Origin: Chiloscyllium plagiosum | Lineage: Eukaryota | Length of the DNA: 64,000 bases | Direction: 5' to 3' | Assembly (NCBI RefSeq): GCF_004010195.1 | Contig: NC_057718.1 | Location: 7,210,110 to 7,274,109 of the forward strand | In this document: positions 56,583-64,000 of the stretch, piece by piece | Position numbering within the stretch: position 1 is the stretch's first letter | Layout of the letters: the number at the start of each line of letters is the position of its first letter | Program-made: the position numbers and the translations under genes | The notes under the pieces: model-generated | What the model saw: the letters and a program-made list of their open reading frames with translations, nothing else | The model's database searches: none | Told to the model about the DNA's origin: nothing

Positions 56583-58073
56583 CGTTTTTACAAGTGAACA
56601 AGTTAAACAGCTGTGCCTTGGCCTTTAAGTTTAGAAGTTCAAGTTTGGTGGGTTTTTGTTTTGTTTGGGGAACATCCATAACTTTGAATAGCTTCTTGTT
56701 TTCATTGGGTGGTGTATCAGAAATGTTGGCTGAAGCTAGTGTGCAGAACAGTTGCTCCTGAGAAAAGGAAGTAGGTCAGAACTGTTGGATTAGGTTATTT
56801 CAGTGCAGAACGTTTAGTTTTAAACTTCAAGACCAGAAGTATTTGGTCAAAACTCTGAAGAGGTTATTTAAAGCTGAGAAAGTTTATGCCCAGTTGTAAA
56901 ACAATTGAACAAAGATTGATCAGATTCTCATGACCGTGGAGTTGAAGCCGTTGCTAAGCCAAACTCAAATGATATAGAAAAGGAAATTCTTGCTGTTGTT
57001 TGTACTGTAAAGAAATACTGTTCAGATCAATGGAATTGTAGATTGATATGTGTTTTCAAATCTTTAAACTCTGTTACAAGTAAATAGTTTGGTTTCTTCT
57101 ATTTTATCTTTGTTTCTTTTCTGTAATAAACTCCTGCTTTCTCATTAAAACCAAATCTACACATCAGTTGTTTATGTTTCAGTGAGAGACCACCTCAATA
57201 AAATCAAAACTATCAAGTCATCAGTCTGTCAAGCCAGGTTTTAGACTGGGATCTGATTTGTGCAGTAATAATATCAGCAAGGGTCATGGTAGGACGTGGT
57301 TTCAAATCCGGCCTGCCACAGAGAGTGAAATTTGAATTCATTCGTTTAAAGCTGGCAATAAAACTAGTCAGGTGGAGACCATGTAACCATTGTGGTCAAA
57401 ACCCACTGAGTTCATTAATGCCCTTCAGGATATGCCCAAAACATCAACTCTCCTGCTCCTTGGATGCTGCCTGACCTGCTGTGCTTTTCCAGCACTACAT
57501 CTCGCCCCTTCAGGGAAGGACCCAGTTACCATTTTACCATGCCCAGACCTGATTGCTCTGATCTACGTTAAACACTGCATCTCACACCTTGCGCCCTATT
57601 CCCTTGGCATCATACCCATTTTATTTTACTTACCAGGCACCCTACTCATCTTCCATCCTTACCGGTCTGACCTAAGTGGGACTCCAGATCCACACCAAAG
57701 TGGTTAACTCGCAAAGTAGTTAACTCTTATTTGCCCTCTGAAATGGACCAGCAAGACATGCTTTGTTAAAGAATTTTTTCAAAGGTTTGGGGGTGTTGCT
57801 GGTTTGACTGAGCCAGCATTTGTGGCCCATCCCTAATTGCCCAGAGGGCAGTTAGCCACATTACTGTGGGTCTGGAGTCATTGAGAGACCTGTTTCCTTC
57901 CCTGAAGGAAATTAGTGAACCAGATGGGTTTAATCTGACAATCAGCAATAGATTCATGGTCCTCAGCAGGTTCTTAATTCTGGAGTTTTAATCAAAATCA
58001 AATGCCTTCTTCGCCATGGCATGATGTGAACTTGGGTCCTCTAAACATTACCAGGGTTTCAGGATTAATAGTG

Positions 58074-59959
58074 TAGCCACATTGCTGTGCGACTGGAGTC
58101 CCATATACACCAAACTAGGTAAGGATGGCAGTTTCTTTCCCTAAAGGACAATAGTGAACCAGGTGTGCGTTTCCCATGATCATCATCATACTCGGAATTC
58201 CAGGTATTTATTGAATTCATTTTCCACCACCTGCCATGGCAGGATTTGAACCCTGGCCCCAAGGATATTTCCTGGCTCTCTAGATTAACAGCCCAGTGAT
58301 AATACCACATGACCATCACCAGTTAAAGCTTTGTGTGTCATGAGACAACACTGGGAGAGCGCTCATTGTATTTTCCACTTCCCAGCTATCCTGTGGATTC
58401 CCCAGCTGTCATTAATGGTGAGTTGTGGGTAGTTGCTTTTTTCTGCTGCACAGCCCTATCTGCTCTACAATTAAGGGTGAGCCTGCCTGAGGCTGATTCT
58501 GTTTGGCAGGGAGAGACCATTTATACCACTATGGCCATCACCTACCCATTCAGTTTAAGGGTAATTAGGGATGGGCAATAAATACTGAGCTAGCCATGAA
58601 ACCCACATCCCACGAAAATACAAGGAGGGAAAAAGAAATAAAAATCATCACTAGTGTCTTTTGTTAAAATTAACAAGTGGCAGGAAATCTGATCCAAGTT
58701 CTTCATGCCTGAGCTTGTTCTCAGAAATTCCTGCACTCACAGGATGGTAGAATTCTCGAATTCGCCTTGCTGTGAGATCAGTGGATGTCAGTAAAGTATA
58801 GTCAGGACAAAGGTCAGCAGGTTTTGAGCTACCTAGAAGATTACGAGGCACGGGGAGGTGCTGCGTGAATGCAGAGTCAAGGTAGATTATCAGATGGAAG
58901 GGCAGGCTCCAAATAGCCAGATCCAATTCCTAGAGAGACCATGTTTGTCCTTTCCCTCCCTATTCAACTACATGTGGCATCACATAGAAACCCAGAATTC
59001 TCCATTTCAGCAGGAGACACATCCATACAGGGTGCAGTGCTGCCCCACAGCTCTATACCCAGTGAGAGCAGCAACTCAACAAGAGTTGAGGTTTGGACTG
59101 GGAGCATTCTGTCCAGTATCACTCAACTTCCCACTAATCATTGAATTGAATTTATTGTCACGTGTACCGAGGCACAGTGAAAAGCTTTGTCATCCGAGCA
59201 ATTAGCAGTTCAGTTGCCAGGGAAATCCTGTGGACGTGTTACTCAAACATGTTTCAAACTTCTGTCAAGGCAGTGGAAGCTAAGAATTTTGGACAGTCTC
59301 TGTGGCTAAGATCATGGGATTTTTCTTTCCTTAAAAATAACAGCTAAGACTTGGAAGGGAGAAGAGTTTCCACTAGCCTGGTTTGTGGCTGATTACAAAA
59401 CCGAATTTTGTCTGTGATTGCCCAAGGGGGCTGCGCAGTGCATAAATCAAAACATTTCCTCCTCTCCTCTGAGACCGAGAATCATGTCCAGCATTAAACC
59501 AATGGCACGAAAACAGTCTCTCCCTGCCAAACATAATTAGCCTCAGGCAGGCTCACCCTTAATTGTAGAGCAGATAGGGCTGTGCAATGGAAAAAACCAA
59601 CTGCCCACAACTCACCACTAATGACAGCTGGGGAATCCACAGGATAACTAGGAAGTGTAAAATGCAACGAGTGCTCTCCCAATGTTGTCTCATGACACAC
59701 AATGCTTTAACTGATGATGGTCGCATGGTATTATCACTGGGCTGTAAATCTAGAAAGCCAGGAAATATCCTTTGGGCCAGGGTTCAAATCCTGCCATGGC
59801 AGGTGGTGGAATGTGAATTCAATAAATATCTGGAATTCTGAGTATGATGATGACCATGGGAAATGCTCACCTGGTTCACTAATGTCCTTTAGGGAAAGGA
59901 ACTGCCATCCTTACCTGGTTTGGTGAATATGGGACTCCATTACCACAGCAGTGTGGTTA
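58074..59959. repeat. Long inverted repeat: arms 58074-58517 and 59516-59959, ~1-kb spacer
   Basis: The arms align as reverse complements along their length. The ORF track shows paired near-identical peptides (58065-/59714+ and 58333+/59494-). Confidence 0.92.
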
Positions 59960-60084
59960 ACTCTTGCTATTTTCTATGCTGCCTGACCTGTGAGTGTTTC
60001 CAGCATTTCCTTTTTGTTTTCGAACCAAGGCTCCAGGTCCATAGCTAGGCCCCAATACCTGAAGGAGGAGAAAGGTGGTCTCAG

Positions 60085-61400
60085 CCCAGTGTGTTGGTCT
60101 TGTCTCAGTGTGATGGTCATGTCCCAGTGTGATGGTCATGTCCCAGTGTGATGGTCTTGTCCCAGTGTGGTGGTCTTGTCCCAGTGTGATGGTCTTGTCT
60201 CAGTGTATTGGTCACGTCCCGGAGTTGCAGTCTTGTCCCAGTGTGATGGTTTTGACCCAGTGTGATGGTTTTGTCCCAGTGTGGTGGTCTTGTCCCAGTG
60301 TGATGGTCTTGTCCCAGTGTGATGGTCTTGTCTCAGTGTATTGGTCATGTCCCGGAGTTGCAGTCTTGTCCCAGTGTGATGGTCTTGTCTCAGTGTGATG
60401 GTCTTGTCCCAGTGTGGTGGTCTTGTCCCAGTGTGATGGTGTTGTCTCAGTGTGGTGGTCATGTCCCAGTGTGATGGTCTTGTCCCAGTGTGATGGTCAT
60501 GTCCCAGTGTGATGGTCTTGTCCCAGTGAGATGGTCTTGTCCCAGTGTGGGTCTTGTCCCAGTGTGTTGGTCTTGTCCCAGTGAGATGGTCTTGTCTCAG
60601 TGTGATGGTCTTGTCTCAGTGTGGTGGTCTTGTCCCAGTGTAATGGTCTTGTCCCAGTGTGTTGGTCTTGTCCCAGGTGTGATGGTCTTGTCTCAGTGTG
60701 GTGGTCTTGTCCTAGTGTGATGGTCTTGTCCCAGTGTAATGGTCTTGTCCCAGTGTGATGGTCTTGTCCCAGTGTGATGGTCTTGTCTCAGTGTGATGGT
60801 CTTGTCCCAGTGTGTTGGTCTTGACCCAGTGAGATGGTCTTGTCCCAGTGTGGTGGTCTTGTCCCAGTGTGGTGGTCTTGTCCCAGTGTGATGGTCTTGT
60901 CCCAGTGTAATGGTCTTGTCCCAGTGTGGTGGTCTTGTCTCAGTGTGGTGGTCTTGTCCTAGTGTGATGGTCTTGTCCCAGTGTAATGGTCTTGTCCCAG
61001 TGTGATGGTCTTGTCTCAGTGTGATGGTCTTGTCCCAGTGTAATGGTCTTGTCCCAGTGTGATGGTCTTATCCCAGTGTGGTGGTCTTGTCCCAGTGTGG
61101 TGGTCTCAGCCCTGTCTGGTTGTATTGTCCCCGAGTTGTAATCTTGTCCTGATATGGTGGTCCCGTTCCGGAGCTGCGGCCTTGTCCCGATGTGGTGCTC
61201 TCAGCCCGGATTGTGGTTTCGACCCAGTGTGGTGGTCTTGTCCCGGTGTGGTGATCTCGTCCTGGAGTTGTCACCTTGTCCTGGCATAGCTGTCTTTTCC
61301 CATTGTGGTGATCTTGGCCAGGTGTGATAGTCTTGGCCCAGTGTGGTGGTCTACGTCCGGAGTTGTAGCCTTGTCCTGGTGTAGCGTTCTTGACCCGGTG
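60085..61400. repeat. 19-bp minisatellite (CTTGTCCCAGTGTGATGGT)n
   Basis: About 53 well-conserved units to ~61105, then progressively degenerate units to ~61400. Confidence 0.97.
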
Positions 61401-61583
61401 TGGAGATTTACTGCTTCTTCGGAGTCCAGGTATTCAAGCAAACTGACAGGTGGCCTCATCCAGTAATGGAGTCTCACAGCGGACTCCTTTGGTGTAGGTT
61501 TCTGGCCTAGTGTTCCAGCTCCCGGCATACAATGTTTTTTCAGGTTTACGGGCTGTCCACAGGCTACCGTTCACAAATATGTT

Positions 61584-61899
61584 TGATTAGATTGGATTCC
61601 CTACATTGTGGAAACAGGCCCTTTGGCCCAACCAGTCCACACCGACCCTCCGAAGAGCGACCCACCCAGACCCATTTCCCTCTGAATAATGCACCTAACA
61701 CTTCGGGCAATTTAGCATGGCCAATTCACCTGATCTGCACATCTTTGGACTGTGGGAGGAAACCAGAGCACCCGGAGGAAACCCATGCAGACACGGGGAG
61801 AATGTGCAAACTCCACACAGACGGTCGCCTGAGGCTGGAATCGAACCTGGGTCCCTGGTGCTGTGAGGCAGCAGTGCTAACCACTGAGCCACCGTGCCC
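61584..61899 (-). mobile_element. V-SINE (HE1-like), full length
   Basis: Very similar to 5384-5690; A/B boxes and V-domain intact. Confidence 0.87.
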
Positions 61900-62159
61900 A
61901 TGGGTTGATTTATACACAAGTCGGAACTTGATACAGTACAGTATAAAATAACTGTTTTGGAAGCACGAACAAATGTTTGCAAGTCAGATCTTTAAAAGTA
62001 ACACTTTCATCAGTTGGATGTTCAGAAATTGGGGACTACCTGTAATTACACAAACACATAAGAACCAGGAGCAGGAGCAGGCCATTTGGCCCTTGGAGCC
62101 TGCTCTACCATTCAGTAAGATCATGGCTGACCTTTTCATGACCTCAGCTCCACTCACCC

Positions 62160-62281
62160 ACCCACTCACCATAATTCTTAATTCCTTTACTGTTCAAAAA
62201 TCTTTGCATTAAAATCATTCACCCACTCACCATAATTCTTAATTCCTTTACTGTTCAAAAATCTTTGCCTTAAAATCATTC
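62160..62281. repeat. 61-bp tandem duplication inside a CR1 tail
   Basis: 62160-62220 and 62221-62281 are identical except for one base. Confidence 0.92.
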
Positions 62282-62894
62282 AAGGCAGTAGCCTCAACTG
62301 CTTCACTGGGCAGAAAATTCCACAGATCCACATCCCTTTGGGTGGCTCCTCAATTCATAAGGTGCTCAAAGAAAGGCTTTTATATAAATGTAACTTTTCA
62401 AAATGTGCCTGTAATCACGATTTCAACACAGTGTCCAAGGAACTTATTCTTTAATTCTGACAGAGACCAGGTTGAACGTATTGGACAATCACTCACCCCA
62501 TCCATAAGTGGTCACCACCTCTGAACCAAACCCGGTGTGTTTCTGGATTATCTGCTCTCTTGGGGAGCTTCAGAGTTGGTCCTGCCCTTAGCTGACAGCC
62601 CCTAAAGACACACTCATACACTCACAAACTGGATCATGTTTTGAGAAATAAGTCTCTCCGTCCCATTCTAAAAATAAAACATCTGATTCAGTCTGAGCTG
62701 CAGCTCGATTTACTGTGTAAAATAACATGTCAGCAAACCCTCACCAAGAAGGCAGACAACATGGGACCACAGAGTTTGCTTTTTGAACAATAATACTGAA
62801 TACAGGCAAGAGATACAGAGCTCCTTTGCTGTCAAATGATAACTTTGTGCCTTCAACCAGCTAGAACCATTATCTTTGTAAAAACCAAAAGAAA

Positions 62895-63070
62895 TGTGAA
62901 TGCTGTAAATCAGAAACAAAAAACAGGTATTGCTGAAAAAGCTCAGCAGGTCTGGCAGCATCTGTGAAGAGAAGTCAGAGTTAATATTTCGATCCGAAAC
63001 GTTAACTTTGATTTCTCTTCACGGATGCTGCTAGACTCGCTGAGCTTTTCCAGCACGCATGTTTTTGTGA
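62895..63070. mobile_element. Hairpin pseudo-LTR pair (family C) with the central hammerhead core deleted
   Basis: CTCAGCAGGTCTGGCAGCATC..GTTAATATTTCGATCCGAAACGTTAAC..GATGCTGCTAGACTCGCTGAG. Confidence 0.7.
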
Positions 63071-64000
63071 CCATAGTCTCTAACTTCATTTTTATAAAGT
63101 ACTTCTTACAATACAGTGTGTATGATTCACTCAGGCGGCAATTGGCAGCAGAGGTCTCTCGGTATTGTCTCTTCCTGGGTGGGAGAATAGGAAAGACAAC
63201 ACGTTTGTGCTGGGTTTCCACGCAAAGCCATTGTACAGCTTTGCTCACCTGTCGAGAGAAGGTCTCCATGTATGATGGACTATAAGGGTGAAAACCACAA
63301 ACAGCAGGAAACATGCACAACTCACTTATAGATATCAAGCCTGTCCAGAAAATCTTCCAAACAAAATACCGAGTCATTTGTGATAATGTTCTGACACTTT
63401 TCCTACCCAGAAACTCGATGTCTATGTTAAAGTACAGAATCAGGCCCATTCAGCCCAACTGCTCATGCTTGTTTGTATTACACACTAACCATCTTCCATC
63501 CCACCTTGTCTAATCCCATTGCTTTTTATTTTACTCTATTCCATTTTATGGGATGCAGCGTTGCTGGAAAAATGGACATTAATAATTCGTCGCTAATTGG
63601 CGTTGAACTGAGTGACTTGCTAGGGCCACTTCAGAGAGCAGTTAAGAGGCAAGCACATTGCTGTGAGTCTTTTTTTCATACTCACTTGTGAGATGTGGGA
63701 TTTATTGGTTGTCCCTAGTTGCCCCTTGAGAAGGCAGTGGTGAGCTGTCTTCTTGAACTGCAGAGGTCCATGAGATATAGGTAAACCCACATTGTAACTA
63801 AGGAGGGAATTCCAGGAGTTTGATCCAGGAGCAGTGATAAATTTCCAAGTCAGGATGGTGAGTGGCTTGGAGGGGAAACATAGCAAATAGGAGCAGGATT
63901 AGCCATTTGGCCCTTCAAGCCTGCACCACCATTCAATATGATCATGCAATCTCAGTATCCCACTTCCATTTTCTGTCCATACCCCTTGATCCCTTTAGCT

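Noticed and set aside
60085..61400. CRISPR-like array or repetitive protein ORFs
   Set aside because: Units are directly adjacent with no unique spacers and no cas genes; the 19-bp period is not a multiple of 3; vertebrate context.
62943..63449. 168-aa minus ORF as a protein
   Set aside because: No recognisable domain, and the 3' third is a Penelope pseudo-LTR hairpin.

Overview
Repeat-rich vertebrate genomic DNA. The V-SINE/HE1-like SINEs, CR1/HER1-like LINE tails and abundant Penelope-like elements suggest a cartilaginous fish (inference). Two genes sit head-to-head around a GC-rich bidirectional promoter: coding exon 1 of PEX3 (minus, 362-434) and a complete six-exon ADAT2 (plus, 931-33130, 182 aa), whose intron 3 is a U12-type minor intron. 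The rest is mostly decayed retroelements (CR1, L2-like, RTE, L1/Tx1, Penelope-like), SINEs, a Tigger-like MITE, a 19-bp minisatellite and two N gaps (1310-2190, 22703-23692). The most striking hidden signal is at least four sequence families of minimal type-I hammerhead-ribozyme motifs (CTGANGA-stem II-GAAA-palindromic stem III-TH) whose stems differ between families but still pair. They sit in Penelope pseudo-LTRs that occur many times as short TSD-flanked, often hairpin-shaped insertions, several of them in sense orientation inside ADAT2. A ~445-bp inverted duplication (58074-59959) is also unexplained. Repeat boundaries were read by eye and are approximate; no database searches were run.
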